Assembly: GCA_000934665.2 (NCBI GenBank)
Contig: KZ538470.1
Location: 1 to 64,000, forward strand
Length of the DNA stretch: 64,000 bases
Origin: Catajapyx aquilonaris
Lineage: Eukaryota
Reading direction: 5' to 3'
Below are positions 12,610 to 26,775 of the stretch, piece after piece (within the stretch, counting starts at the first letter, position 1; the number at the start of each line of letters is the position of its first letter). Under the pieces are notes generated by a model. The model saw only the letters and a list, made by a program, of their open reading frames with translations, was not told the origin of the DNA and did no database searches. The position numbers and the translations under genes were made by a program.

Positions 12610-15600
12610 CCTCAAATGTGAGGGGGTAAAAACTACGTAAATCCGCTGTATATACACTTGGCCATAAATCCGACAAATCATTATGTCAATCTCATAAAGC
12701 CGGTGTACAATAAAATGATTTCGAGAAACTTAATATTTTTCCGAAAATGTAGCAGAATATACGGACATTTAAAGTTTCACAAGGGATGCATCTTAAACCT
12801 CGTAAGCGCAAGCCATCAATGTGATTTAAAATTTGCCTTAAAGATCATAATCAAGAACTGACGGGGAATCCGCAGAAAGAATCAAGGTTTTATTTTTCTT
12901 TCAATGATACATTACTATATTGAAAGTGGCAAGATATGCGGATGTGGAGTTACGGATGCAAAATGCCTACCCCTGTTGCCAAGTTATTGTACTGATGCAA
13001 TGTATAGTAACCAGATTATGACTAGATACTAGAAGAACTCATTTGAAATAAATAATATTTATTTAAAACTTTAGTTTTATTTCACAGACATACCGGTATG
13101 TTTCAAATTCACTGGTTTCCTTAGCCCTTTGCTATAAATCCTTCGGTATAATATAATTAATGCGCGACTGGTAACTCGGAAAAATAAGTATAGCGACTTC
13201 AACAATAGTGAAATATTTCCAGCCCTCCTTTCACCATTCCGCAGTTTCGTCCTCCAACACCGAGTGAGTTTAAGCAAGTAGACCTTGTAATATTCATTTT
13301 GAAACCCCCAAGTATGAAATATGAAGGGTGATATTTCATATACAAAAGGTCAGAAGTCAATGAATATTTTCTTAAAATTCAAGTCCTAGCCATAAATTAT
13401 GGTAGATTATTATCTGATCCACCCACCATGAGCTGTACTTACACCGCACCGGTAGAAAAACGCAATATCTCCCAAAGGTTTTCCTTGAAAAGTTATAAAT
13501 GTATGAGAAGTTGACTTTCATAGTAAAAAATGCAAGAAAGAACACACGCATTTTGATATCCGATGCACATAGTTACAAAATTTCTGCGTGGGACGTCAGC
13601 CATTGCACCAGCCCTAGAAGAGCTTACAGGTTGGATTCGGGTGAAAAGTAGGAGCACGCTTAAGTGCAGTTCCTGCAATCTACACTGAGCTTCAAATGGC
13701 ATCTGCAAGGTGATCCGAGATCTATGGAGTCTATTTAGTGTCCTAGGTCTCCGGTCGTGAGGAGATGTTGACTTTGTCCGTGCAGCGAAAACTGGCATCG
13801 ACACCTTTTCCGGCGCCTAATGAAAGCTCCGAACACACTTTGGCTGTCTGTTGACACTGAGAAGGGGGAAGGCGCTTTGTACGCTAATTAGCTGGCTCCC
13901 CCATCTTTTGAAGTCTGCCACCCAAATTGATGGAGAGGACCTGCCCCAAATTTGGGTCGGGACCAGCCGAATTGCACCAGCATTTTCACACAGGTACGGT
14001 GCATTGGAGATAGACTCGCAATAATCAAGTCCAGGCCCCTAATTAATTTCAGCTCATGTTTGGTGCATTCCACCAGCTCCTAGGTGACACTGGTGGTGGC
14101 CCCTCATGGTTACATATAAGATAATGATTCATAATGCAAGCCAGCCCTTCCTGATATGGCCATTGTTGCAATTACCACTATGGAAAAGTTCCAGTGTTTT
14201 ATATTGTAACCTAGGGCATAGTTAGGCTAGAGAAAATCTTTTTTCGGGGAGGGAGGCGGGAGAGGGAGGGGAGTGAGGCGGGGAACGGAAAAGAGAAAAG
14301 GTGCGGTTGAGGATTGGAAGGGGGGGGGGGGTTGGTGGTGGTAATTTATTCCATTTTCCGGCGTCATAAAGAAAGCTTAAGCAGCCATTTCCATGTTGGC
14401 AAGGCCCGCTGCCAGCTCCCGCCGACTCTTGTGACACTTTTATTTTTGGTCGCGCCGCGTCGTGTTGGGCATTCACCAAGTGCCATTGAAAAATGAGCTC
14501 GTTTTTCTCCAGGCTTTTCTCTCTGATGTGGGTAGAGGAAAAAAGAACCCAAAAAAGAGAAATTCTGAGGAAAGAGAGAGGAGGGGGGAAGAAAGAAGGA
14601 AGAAGAACTTCAGTAGCTGGATTTGGCGCGAAGAGAACAAAGGATTCTTGCTCGGAAGGAATGCAAGCCGTTTGTAGCACAACCAGCAAATGAAATTACT
14701 TCGGATCTGTACAAAGACAAGCATTTAGCTTGGAGGGGGAGAATCCCTTACCTATGCTGCCTTGAGCTTTCAAGAAATTCGATGTAAAACTTCATATTGT
14801 CCATCTGCTGCCTGTGTGCTCCAAATGGCGCCATCAGGGCCTCCGTTTTGGGTAAAAGAGAAAACTCTAGACTCTGGACTGTAGCAAATATGACGAGTTC
14901 TACGATGAGGTGAAAGCTAGAAGACACAAAAATTGCCGAAAATTGCGCTAGTAGGCCCTACCTTCTTCCATGGCACATGCCATGTTCTGGCGATAGACTA
15001 CATTTGCTGGACACTGAAAAAACGCGGGATATCTCGTGTCGGGTTTGCATTTCGCATGTTGGAGTCTCTAAGGCGCCATTTGTCCCACGCTAATATTCTT
15101 ACATTTTTACGGTGTAAAAACCACATGAATTTTCGTACCTCTAATACTTCTAATAAAACAGTTCACCATGTGGCAACAATATTTTTGAATACTACTAAGG
15201 CGGCTAGGTAGCAACACCTATCACATCAAAGATACAGTAAGTGGCAAACACAGCGGGCTTTAGCGTAAAACTAGGTGCATAGAACAAGATAAGCCTAATT
15301 TTTGTCGTTTGGGTTGCACGGCTAGTCAGGATAACCTTTTGATTCCTTTTGATTCAGAAATTGTGCGCAGTTTGATGTCGACACAAACAACGCAATGTAT
15401 GTGAATAAAATATTTCTAAATTTTATTCCTTGCTGTGATCTGCCCATCCAATCAACGGAACTTTAGCCGTTACTATGGTAACTGATGCAGCCCCCGTCAT
15501 TATTGGTTAAACCAGTAAGTTGACCGTGGCAACGCCCAAATTCTGCTGCAGTCCATCTAGCGCATAACATAGCTCACGCAGCAGTAAAAAGTACGTGATT

Positions 15601-15742
15601 ATCCTTTACTTAAAATGAAATTAATTATGGAATGATGTTTGCGTGATACAGGATGAATTTTATATTTTAAATCCTGAGCTTAGGCAGCCAGCAATGAACA
15701 CTTTGCTTTTAGTTTGGTACAAAAATATGAACTTTGCTCTAA

Positions 15743-15926
15743 AGGCCTGTGTCCACCGGCATATTTTTTGTTCTGGACAAAATGGAAGCCAGAACAATTT
15801 TTTTGTCGCTAGGAGATTAATAGTAAAGTAATAAAGTAGTAGTAATAAAGTTTGTTTGATTTTGTGCTCTATTTTTGTGCTTTTCATTTTGTCCAGAACA
15901 AAAATTATGCCGGTGGAAACAGGCCT
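15743..15926. mobile_element. PIF/Harbinger-like MITE
   Basis: About 45-bp TIRs starting AGGCCTGT(G/T)TCCACCGGCATA. Flanks are TAA on the left and TTA on the right (TWA-type, one mismatch; a TA-target reading is also possible). Confidence 0.8.
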
Positions 15927-17046
15927 TTATTTTCATGCATACAAAGACCTTAAGAATTTCGATCAACTTGATTATGGATCAACGTCACATTAAAATAATG
16001 CTGTTGAATTTGTTTATGTTATGTTGGAACCAGCTGAATTTCAAAATGGCTATTTTTCTAGGAAGTCCTTTCCCACGGTTTTTTAAACGGAATGAAGGCC
16101 TTTTCGCTCACCACTATTCGAAATCAAAGTATAGAGGCATACATAAAGGATTCATACTTTTACCAAGAATCTAGTTAGTTTTCCTGATCGAGAGTGCATT
16201 TGCCACCAGGTTTTTGGGCATGTAGTATGGCATAGGCCTACTGGGGTGTTCCAACAAGGACCATCCAACCTATCGAGGGTCCACATATGGGAAATGTGGA
16301 GGGTGCGTTGCCAAGAACCAATGTTGATGCTGGAACGTGAGCAATTCTCTTCACCCCCTTCCTTCCTTCCTTCCTTCCTTCCTCCCTCCCTCCCTCCTAA
16401 TACTATACGAGGCAGAATAGGATAAGGAGAGGTTGTTATGAACACGTGACCGATCCGAGAGCCGCCTATGTGCATAAGTGGTTTGAGTTCTGCTCCCGGT
16501 ACTGCAACCGCAAAAAAGGCTTGCGGGTTCCAGCTCCGAAGCGGAAACTGTTGCAGAGATAGGTACAGTTATAGGTACATGGTAGTGTGCTCGTTCTTGT
16601 CCCCCGAAGGCACCCGAGTGTACAGATGGAGAATACGTGTCGACGCCGTTGTCCGACCCGAGAGTAATAACCCGCATTTTACAGGATCCATACATCAGAT
16701 CTCATTTGCTGCTTCTGATTTTCATTTCCATTTCGCCAGCGCCAAATATTCATGTCCGCTCGCACAAAAAACGTCGATATTATGGGCAGTATCCGTTTTC
16801 GAATCTTTTGCCGGCTTGATTTTGCAGCTCGGGAATACTGCTGTTGAATAATGTCCCGCTAAATCTATTGCCGTGCGGAAATGTTACGAGTCTATTTCCT
16901 TCCTAGGGTATGCTGCAGTGCTAGGATCACTACAGGCACCCATTCAACATGTAGGTAACAATGGTAGTTCGGAACTACATCATACCCCACAAGAGTCAAA
17001 ATGATTACCGCAGTTGCAGGTACTGTTCGAATAAAGTCATACATAA

Positions 17047-17208
17047 AGGTGCGTTTACATGTGAGCGATTTGACGAGCGAGGCGGAGCGACGTCTTCGCT
17101 GAGGCTGAGTAACCCAAGTAACCAATATTGTTTGAGGCGAAAATCGATTGTTAATTTTAGCCTCTGCGAAGACTTCGCTCGTCAAATCGCTCACATGTAA
17201 ACGCACCT
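17047..17208. mobile_element. PIF/Harbinger-like MITE
   Basis: Perfect 34-bp TIR AGGTGCGTTTACATGTGAGCGATTTGACGAGCGA, with TAA duplicated at 17044-17046 and 17209-17211. Confidence 0.9.
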
Positions 17209-17642
17209 TAATATAAGCTACTCTTATAGACTAATGTAACGTCTATTCGAAAAATTTCGCTATACAATCAAGTTTATTAATTTGGTGAACAATATGGACT
17301 CAAAAAATTGATTGTCTTATACCAATACCATAAAAATACAAACAAAAATATTTCAGGTTTTCCCGCCTTATGTGGCCATGTGAAACTCGAACAATTGCAA
17401 ATCCAGCACTTGATCCCAGAATTGCAGGTCTGTATTCCTATGAAGCAAAATTTGCACTTAAAAAATCTGAGCAGACCAAGCAAAATAAGTGTACTGTACT
17501 ACCGCTTATCTATCTCGCCAACATTCTCTAGAACGGCTCAAGTACTCAGTAACCCATTTGGCCAAATGGCCAGAAAATGTACGATATACATACTGTATTA
17601 GGTCCCAACAAATGCACTTCTTGGCCTTTCCAACATTTTGGC

Positions 17643-18035
17643 TTGCTAAGCCTTAACATGGCACAGCCTATTAACTTCACTGATGCTCCGGTATAGGGAA
17701 AGGGGATACGAACCATCGCAATATTACTATGTTTCATCCAGTTCTCTTTTATTCTTAGCCATATAAAACATTGGAACAGAGGCCTGGTCTGCGGTCCACA
17801 GTTGCACTGTTTTATAATTTACAAAAATAATAATTACCGCATAGTTCTGGCGGACATCAGAGTCATTACATGACTAAATCATGATTACTTTGGAAAAGTA
17901 TGTACAGTGTATTGATTTTTGTCTATTAATTTGATAAAAAATACTCCATTGCAATAATGCTATGGTTCGTATCCCCTTTCCATATACCGGAGCATCAGTG
18001 AAGTTAATAGGCTGTGCCATGTTAAGGCTTAGCAA
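17643..18035. mobile_element. MITE/foldback element with about 80-bp TIRs
   Basis: TTGCTAAGCCTTAACATGGCACAGCCTATTAACTTCACTGATGCTCCGGTATA... is near-perfectly mirrored at about 17953-18035. Exact termini and target duplication are ambiguous. Confidence 0.85.
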
Positions 18036-19170
18036 AGACTAAACAATCGGCCATATTGTCAGTAGCAAAGTTGATGTAAAAGTGACAATTTGAGATCACC
18101 CAAGTAGGTTGTGCAAATTGATCAGTGCGAAACTACCTAACGGGCTGGAAATCTCGACTCGAGCGTCGTAACCCTCTCACCCGAATTTACACCGTTGTAA
18201 TTGTCGAGAGTTGCTTCTCTTGTTTTCCTTTTCGCGACCCCGACATTTGCAAGTTTCCCTTTCGCGAAACTTAGGTTATATTCGCTCAAAGTCAGCCAAC
18301 AAATGCAGTGGAGGGGTGGGAGGGATGGGGCAATGACGCAAAGAGCAAAGTTGCATAAAACACTTTTTCTTTGATCGTTGTCAATGCCCCGCCTTTTTCA
18401 GCCGACTTAACGAATGTTAGTCGACTGGCGAAACCGCCGTCTCTAATTGAACGACTTGCAGGAAGCGATCTCATTAACAACCCAAAGAGCTCATTATAGT
18501 AACCCTCACCCCCACCCCTTTTGCCTTTAACAATACTGCTCTCCTTTTTTTGCACGCGAAAAATGCTGCCTGTGCCATTTTTACCCACTTTTTATTTCGG
18601 TGGCACAAAGCTTTATGGGAAAACTTAGTTGCAAAGAATGGTAGAATTTTTGTTCAGAGTTAAAGATTTTTAATTGCCTTCTCCCCTCCTTGGGCGCTGA
18701 TTTACAGCCTTATTAATTGCTGCCTCCACCGGAATAATAAGGACGGGCTTGCTAGGTCATGAAGGTTCATAAAAAATGACCATGTTTGACTTAGGCTTCG
18801 ACTCCGCGCGGTGACTAGTCCTATTAAGTATGCTACCAATACTTCGCACTATCGTTATTTCCTTAAAAAGCACTACTGTATTTCTCAGGTATGTATGATA
18901 GGACCTGACGATTAAGATGATGAAAGACTGAGAATGGGTAATTATATATCATTGAAACCTACTAAGCATGATGACATCCCTTAAACAGCTATATAGTAAC
19001 TCTTGACCTCAATTACCAGAGCCTAATGTTATTCCAAATGTTTCTAAAAATAACTACGCCTTAGGACTTGAGCAGAATTTGTTGAATGTACAATACACCT
19101 CGACACTGTTAATTGGGTCCCAGAGTCAACCCTAATTAGAATCCATGGCAGACAACACCCTATTGATTAC

Positions 19171-19245
19171 AGGATCCCTCCCAGGATTGATTCTGTGGTG
19201 CATCACGATAATTTTTTTTAGTGGAAGTTGTTCCTAATAATATTC
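19171..19245 (+). repeat. Dispersed repeat fragment, copy 2 (partner at 10604-10677)
   Basis: Same shared sequence as copy 1. Confidence 0.7.
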
Positions 19246-22200
19246 CATGAAAAAGTTCAACTCGAGTTTTAAATACAGTATTTGTTCTCTGACGTAGCTT
19301 AAGTAGTAGTTGAAAATTTTCCGTATTTAAAATGGTCACATATGGCGATATCAACGCGCCACAATTTGAATTTGAATTGTTATGACAATGGTACGTAGAT
19401 GATGGCCAACTTGTTGAGTTACGAACAATAATTTTAATGGAATTAAAATGCGCGTATGCAAGATTGCACATCGTAATACCCCATTTGAGGCGTAACCAGC
19501 ATTAACCTAGCATCGAGTTGTTTTGTGAACAATCTGCGCATAAAAAATTGGCGATCATCTACCATTGTTATCAATGTTGAAATAAAAATTCTGGCACAAT
19601 CTTAGCGCCTTCTGTGGACATTTTGAATGCAAAAAGTGCAAGTACTCAACTTTCAAGCCCACTATTCAGAGAACATGTATTTACAAAGTGAGTTTCACTT
19701 TTGTCATCTAACATGATTAAGAACAACACTCATTAAACATGATCATGCTATCCCGCAGAATCAATCCAGGTGCGGATCCTTTCTGCCCCAACTACGGTTC
19801 GGGTCGAATGGATTCCCATATCAAAGGTAAACAGGCGAGGCGAATAGCTCCCCTTTTTCCCTTTGGCTATGAATAGTTAGAAGCGACGAGAACCTTATAA
19901 GTTCAAGGTGATTAAAATAATCCCGCAGTTACACGCTCACTGGCGATGTGGATGAAAAAGGACGCAATCAGCATGAGTTTGACGCACCTGACACAAAAGA
20001 GACCTGAGCACAAAGTGCTGCGCTGGGTGAGACAAATTCCTTTTTAAGCTGCTCTTTTTTTCGCATAAGCAACCATGTCAAATGGCCGGTCACAAGATTG
20101 TATCAATGCAGGCAGGTGATGCGGTTCTCACTAATTATTCAGAATGGCATAAAAGTACTGCAAGTACTCCCAACCAGCTTTTGTTCTGCATGGTGGACAC
20201 CCATGCCAGTATAGGGTTAATGATTCTTTCTATTGAACTCATAAGCACAAATAGAATAACTTATCGCGGTATATGTACTGCAGGTAAAAAAAAATAGTTG
20301 TTGCCCGAATAGTACCTGCCTGATCAGAAATGCACATTCATCGTTTAGCAAATATTCGTCAAAATTTACAAATGTAAAGCCCCCCATATATAAAGACAAA
20401 CGAAAATTTCATGGAAAACGTTCTATGAATAATGGCTCAAATTCTACCGAAATATCCTTGAGAGTGCAAATTATCGTTCCAAAATGACCGCATCCATTAG
20501 TGTCAAATGTGTCAAGTAAACACCCGGTTCGACACATAGGCACGATTTCTCTTCCCCAACATCACAGTCTTTTGCCGGCGGCACGTGTTACGTGACTAAA
20601 TGGATCCTGAAATCGGGTTTTCTCTAACTCGTAAGTTAATTACCTGAGATCCAACGTAATTCACGAGGCCCCTTCTCTAAAAGTATCACGTTAACCCGCA
20701 GCGATGTGTATACAGTCGTGTTCCCGGCAAGTTCTCCTGACGTTTTCTTCCATTACCTGAACTCAAACGTAATGTGGACGCCGAGACCAACATGGCTGAA
20801 TAAACAACATTTCGACAAAGGGATTAACGAGATTACACAGTATACTCTAGGTTGCTACAGTTGCGTCAGAAATTACTGGACGTGAAGCTCAAGTTCGACT
20901 CAACAACTTCGCACGAGTATCCCTGGATTAGTGTTCCGGTATTTATATAAGTAGAAGAATATAACATCGCTGTTACTGCAACAATCAACAATCTCTCTGC
21001 CAATACTCGTGACAACCACAGCTAGTCACAAAAAAGTTCACTCATACAACACAAGGTGGGACACATTTAATTAGAATCATTCTTCTGGCATTCTTTTGAC
21101 TACTAACTTTGGACAAGACTGATGACAACAATTTGGAAGGAAATTTTTTGCAGATTTTCGCGACAGAGCTGTCCAATTATGCACTAAAACCAAAGTTTTT
21201 ATAAGAACCCGTGAAGATTAAAACTTTTTTAAAAACTTTTGAGACAACCAGGTAGGGGTTAAGACTCCCAGGATTTTGCACTTTGAACCTTAACAAAAAA
21301 AATTAGTTGGACAGGGAGGGAGGGAGAAATTCGCTTGCCTTTGTACAATTTGATTAACGCCCATTGAGAGCGAGCCGAAGTGACTTTCCTCCTGCAATAA
21401 ATCTGCGAGTTTTTGGCGAGAAAAAGGACGGGGTGCTCTGGTTTCAGCACCCGGATCCGGGCGACAATTGCGCCAATCCGGAATGTATAAAGTGGGCATG
21501 GGTATATATTTCGTAACTTTCCCGATTGGCGAACTCTCCTGGATACTCACAAAAAATATGCAAGTATAAATCCTAAAAGGAGGTGAGTTAAAAGTGAGTT
21601 AGTAAAGGGGGTGTTACGTGCCTGTACAGTAAACCGATAGAAATCCTGGTGTAATCTTATTGGCATAATTATTAGTATAGCTGCCACTCTTAGCATTTAC
21701 CATTCATACCACCCTAAACCATCAAGTAACTAATCTGAGTTGAAGAAAACTCGCAGTCAAGCATCAGCTTATTCACACCAGTTGTGATTCATAAGAACTA
21801 ATCCTTTCTAAAAATATTTGATTCTATGAGACCCTTTTTTTTCATTTCAGGCTATATCAGTTCAGTTTTTCCGCTCAAAATCCCAGCCCACTTGAGAGAG
21901 CGCCATGTGCTAATTAACGTAATGCGATTATTGAGGATCGTTAAGAGAGATACCGTGTTTTACGAGAATCTGGTGCAGGATTCAGCGCCACTTGATGGAA
22001 TTCCAACTTCTGAAACTTTTCAAGTATTCACAACAAGCATTTTGCAAAACTATGCCGAGGGTTCGCGTAAATTTGCAAAGTAGCTTGGCTACGAAATAAA
22101 ATATACATGTATGTTTGTTTCAGAAACCACATTTCTTCGGGAATATACGGCAGGTAGAGAACATATATAGGCACTTTCATTAACTAGCTCGAGCTTTATA

Positions 22201-24590
22201 AGGATCCTTATTTATGCTATGGTACATCAGCCCAAGTGTACAAAACATCGTACTTCCAAGCCTTTTCTATGCCGGTACCACACTTACACAATTAATAATA
22301 TTACATTATGAGATGAAGAGTAACGTACCGGATATGTTTCCGTACATGTTCTCGCGTTTCTCCTACGTGGTGCAGCATATCGCTACTCTTTTCATCGACA
22401 ACTGGATACAACGCAAATGTTAAAAATCATTAGCTTGTCCCCAATCACCCCATGTCTATACATGCACCCCTCCCTCTGCTACTATTGGATACTTTAAATA
22501 CAGTAGGCCCTATTGCAAAGGGCACTGCCATTGTTTGTAATAAAAAAAGAGGGGCGGGGGTTCGTGATGGTGGCTGGGCACGAAACAAAAGAAGACGATT
22601 CAGAGTGCCGAGGGCAGTGAATGGTCTGAAACCGAGTACACAGCAAGATATGAGGGGAAGATGTTGGGGAATCAACGGAGCGAACCCACTTTTGATCCCG
22701 ACCTTTGATTCCTCTACCCCACCTCCTCCTCTTTCGGTACACAAGAGTGGATACAAACTGGAAATTGATCCCTTCTGTATACCCTAACCCAGCCTGCTCT
22801 TCATATCCACACAGAAATGTCACTCGGCCTCGATCCACCTCTGCTTCCAATCAGATAAATACAAACTCTCCCATTCATTCGCAATTTTACGCTTCTTTGT
22901 TCAGAGCTCAAATCTCTGAAATCCCTCCAGAGCAGAGTAGGGAAAGAAAGATGGAGAGAGAGAGGAGGAACAGACAGCGAGCCAGGAACGTCGTTAGATT
23001 AATAAAAGTGTGTCCTATACACATTCGTACTCTCCATTTCCTGGGAAGTCTTCTGGATTCTCCAAATTCCACATGTCCTCCTGACTCCATGTTATTTCCT
23101 TGATTCACCTTAATTTCTATGCAAATGTACTACTATCTGTGAAAAAACTTTCAGCCAGACGTATATTCTGCAACGATCTGGACTTCTTTTTCCCACGCAC
23201 TTCGCCTTGGGCTAATGGTTGCATATGACAATAATACCTTCCTCCTACATCTTTTGACACGAGTGTATACTCGTACATCAGATTCTCACATAAATTCAAA
23301 TAAAGTTAACACAAGTCCAACGCGTTCCCATCCTAATGCAAAGTCGAACACACTTAACCAGCACCTCTATTCGCCGTGAGGTAAGCATATTCTTAACATC
23401 AAATAATAGTCTACTGCATATAGTATTTCTTGCAGGGTCCCGCCTGCAAAAAAGGTAGGCGTAAGTTATATGATCACAGATTTTCTCCGGGCACATTAAA
23501 GGCCGGCATTTTTTTCAATCCACATTTCCACTCTGATTCCCCTCCAGTCATTTGTCCGGGCTTTATTTCTCCCGGTATCCTTCCCCCTGCGGTTATTACA
23601 GTAAGCGAGAAGTAATATGCTTCCTGATTTCAATTAGCCTGTCGGGAAATAGCAGCTCGTTAAAGGAGGGTAGGCAGCGCTGCCTAGCGGCGGTTCTCCG
23701 GCTTAGAATTGGCGTCAAAAATGGTGGCCTTTAACGCGCCCGGCTTATCTGTTGATGAGGCCAAACCCGGAGAAAATGCGACACTCACTTATCGCACTCT
23801 TTTTCCGGGACCCTTCCGGGATTCAGAATCACCTCACAGCGCTTTTTTACGCCCGGGCCTCATGCTCCATCCCATGCTGCTTATATACAGCAGACTTAAC
23901 AGGACTAATATCAGTAATGGCGTCGTGCAAACAAACGCACCAAGCGGCCGTTTTGATGCAAAAATGTGCATAAGCCACTCTGGCAGGCTCAAAATGCTCC
24001 GTCCTCGGTTGCAATGCGCTATCAACGTAACTGTTACTTACTGCCTGTCACAGCACGGACGATTGTTTAGCCATTTATACGTACTTATAATTTTACATAC
24101 GAGCTAAATATTATCCTGATAGACTGTCGCACTACTAGAAGTAGTGCACCAGACCTGTTCTATCAGTACATATAAGTCAATTATCCATGAACTTAACACT
24201 ACATTCCAAAATTAGTCTAGTAAGCTCCTTGGCTTAAGTTAACAGCTTCGACGCTCAAGTCAAGAAGTACAAAGCCACTTTCAACAGACCTAACATCCTT
24301 CAGTGCATTGAGGATATTTCTAAAGAGGCGGTTAGTGTAATCTGACAGCTAACTTCGTTGATGCACTAGATTATGGGGCAAGGTGCTACTTAAACGTCAA
24401 TGAGAGAAAAATTCGGGTGCTTTTTACTACTTGTACATTTTAAGCGGATCAGCAATTACTTTCTCTCTCTTATATTCTCTAAATGTCTAAATAGTGGTGA
24501 GATGGCACTGGAAAGCTAGTCATTGTGTCCTATCCTGTGCAATATGCCTACAACCCGCATTCTATGGGCTACGCATATTGCCTAATTTAG

Positions 24591-24936
24591 GGACTTGAAA
24601 GATTGGATTGAGTTGGCCTTACTGGCGTGCGGGAGGCGGGAGGATCTAGTAGTCGGTGGGGGCAGCGGGCTGTGTCGCAAAGGCAAGGATAAAGGATAGG
24701 CGTGTATCCACTGAAGATAGGTCTGTATGGCTGAAGATAGGTCTGTATCCGCAAGGAAGGAAGGTTAGACTTGGTTAGGTTAGGTTGGTACAGCATACCC
24801 CTTCCAAAATAAAATAAAAAAATCAATCCATGCATCCTTGCCTTTGCGACACAGCCAAGCTACCCCCAGCCACCACTCACCCTGCCGCCTCCCGCACGCC
24901 AGTAAGGCCTACTCTTTCCCCTTTCCCATCGAGTCC
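24591..24936. mobile_element. Foldback MITE-like element with about 100-bp diverged arms
   Basis: GGCCTTACTGGCGTGCGGGAGGCGG and GGCTGTGTCGCAAAGGCAAGGAT (24591-24690) are mirrored at 24834-24936. The spacer holds a 20-bp tandem duplication (24711-24750) and GGTTAGGTTAGGTT. Confidence 0.8.
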
Positions 24937-24986
24937 GTGTACCATTTGCGAGCCAATTGCAAACTTGGAGTGCATCTATTGCTCAG

Positions 24987-25121
24987 GGGGCTTGATTCAC
25001 ACAAAAAATGTGTAGCTGTTTACGACTATATCAGGTGTAGCTCTCAGCCAAAACTCTTAGTTTAGACCTAAACATGCGCCATAAATCGCAAACTGCTACA
25101 CCTTTTTTGTGAATCCAGCCC
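24987..25121. mobile_element. PIF/Harbinger-like MITE (CAG target)
   Basis: GGGGCTTGATTCACACAAAAAATGTGTAGCTGTTT versus GGGCTGGATTCACAAAAAAGGTGTAGCAGTTT (reverse complement of the right end), with CAG on both sides. Confidence 0.75.
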
Positions 25122-26775
25122 CAGGTAAAGGAAACTTTCAGTATTAGGCCCTCCTTCAGTCGTGACACAAACAACTTTTCACAATGTTTCAAGAAGTTAT
25201 CAAACTCGGAGGGAATAATCCCTCATCCCATCTTTAAAACTTTAAAGCTGAACTGTAGAATGTTATTATAAAAATCAGACAACATGTAACGAAATCTTAA
25301 ACTTTTGAAATGGTCAGTATCACTACCTAATTGATAAAATCCCTGATGTGCATAATTTGGAGACGTAAATCCTCTTTAAATCTTCCTCAACTCCAGCAGA
25401 AGCTCATTGAATCCGCACAAATCTGCACAAAAATTTAAAGTAGTATTCCACCCTTAAAGAATCCTAATTGTGGCCTGGAAATTAAAAATCCAGGCTGGCT
25501 TTCTGAAATGAGACTTTTCCCCCTGGTCCATAATCGCTTTTGATAGCAACATTTCGCAAACATTTCCCCCTGAAATAAAGTTTCCCCCCTGCCCACCACT
25601 CCCTTTCCCGTCCCCCTCCATCCCAATCCGCGAGGTGATTCAATCAAATATCCTGCAAACCGTTATTGCCGACACTCATGCATCTGACAAGTTTGAATCA
25701 GAAATATCCTGCGTGCAATTTTCCAACGCGCTGTGCAAAAACAGCTACCGTCGGAGCGTGTGTCGGACGCACTGTCGGACACTGATGTTTCTGGGACGTC
25801 CATGCCTGGCTGGATTTTAAAATACAACTATATTTCTAAATGTTACACAGCCTTGCCTGCAACACAATAGTACAGTATACTTTTTTGCAACTGTAATTTG
25901 CAGTCTCGGGTGATATTTGACGCAAAATGTTTTATCATGTACAGAGTGACAACAAGCAATTCCGCTACACTGCTAGCCGGCGAGAAATATGCAAATTCTA
26001 CCAATTTCTGCATCTACCTGCGAATTAAATTCATTAAATACTCCTACGCTTGTATAAGCCTATCCAGCAGCTTTAAATGAGGCAACTTTTTTCACTTGCC
26101 ACATATTGCAATTTAGGGACCTTATAACACACCCTGTAGATTTGCAACTCTTCGGACGCCCAAGTACTGCACAGCTTCAATATTTAAAAGCTCTTTCTCC
26201 TGCCCCCCACTCTTCCTCCTCGTTATTGCACGCCCGGCAGACACCGAGAGTGTAGTTGTGTCTGGTTTGACTCTGGGGACGCTCAAGTCGCGCTTTGTAA
26301 CCTCCCTGCTTTTTTTGCACATCGAAGTGGAACCTGGAAATTTCCCGCTTGGCAAATTTCTAGGACGCGAGCTGCAAAAAAAAAGGAATGAAAAAATTGC
26401 GACAACTCTATCGAAATAACGCCACACGGTGCAGTTATTTATTCCGGGAGAAAAAATGGTACATGACGAAATTTAAGTATTTTCCAGACGTTTTTAATGG
26501 AGGGAAAAGTGCAAGGTAATTTTCAGCAGCTCCTCTTGTTTACATCCCGTCACTATGACAAAGAGTTGTTCTTAGAATCAATAACAAATTATTTTTTTAA
26601 TGCACAAAAATTTCCTTAACCCATTTGTTCCTAAGGTTGATCTACTTATCATATTTTAATAATATTTTAAGTCATGCCTTAGAAGGCAGAAACTAAGATA
26701 GAAAAAAACCGTTCAGCTACAATTTTAATTACAACAGAAGTTACAAGGCGTCCTATATATAGAACGCTAGGACAA

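Noticed and set aside
14822..15082. CAAATGGCGCC / GGCGCCATTTG inverted pair as a MITE
   Set aside because: Only 11 bp pair convincingly and there is no TSD.
18872..18894. Plus-strand TATTTCTCAG|GTATGT as a recursive splice site
   Set aside because: Short pyrimidine tract, plausible by chance in 64 kb, and on the opposite strand to the stronger candidate. Worth revisiting only if the host transcript is on the plus strand.
24502..24513. ATGGCACTGGAA, resembling miR-263
   Set aside because: Partial match only, with no pre-miRNA fold.
24773..24786. Interstitial telomere
   Set aside because: Under three TTAGG units, inside a foldback element.
26131..26141. ACCCTGTAGAT, resembling the start of miR-10
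   Set aside because: Only 11 nt match, the rest diverges, and there is no precursor hairpin.
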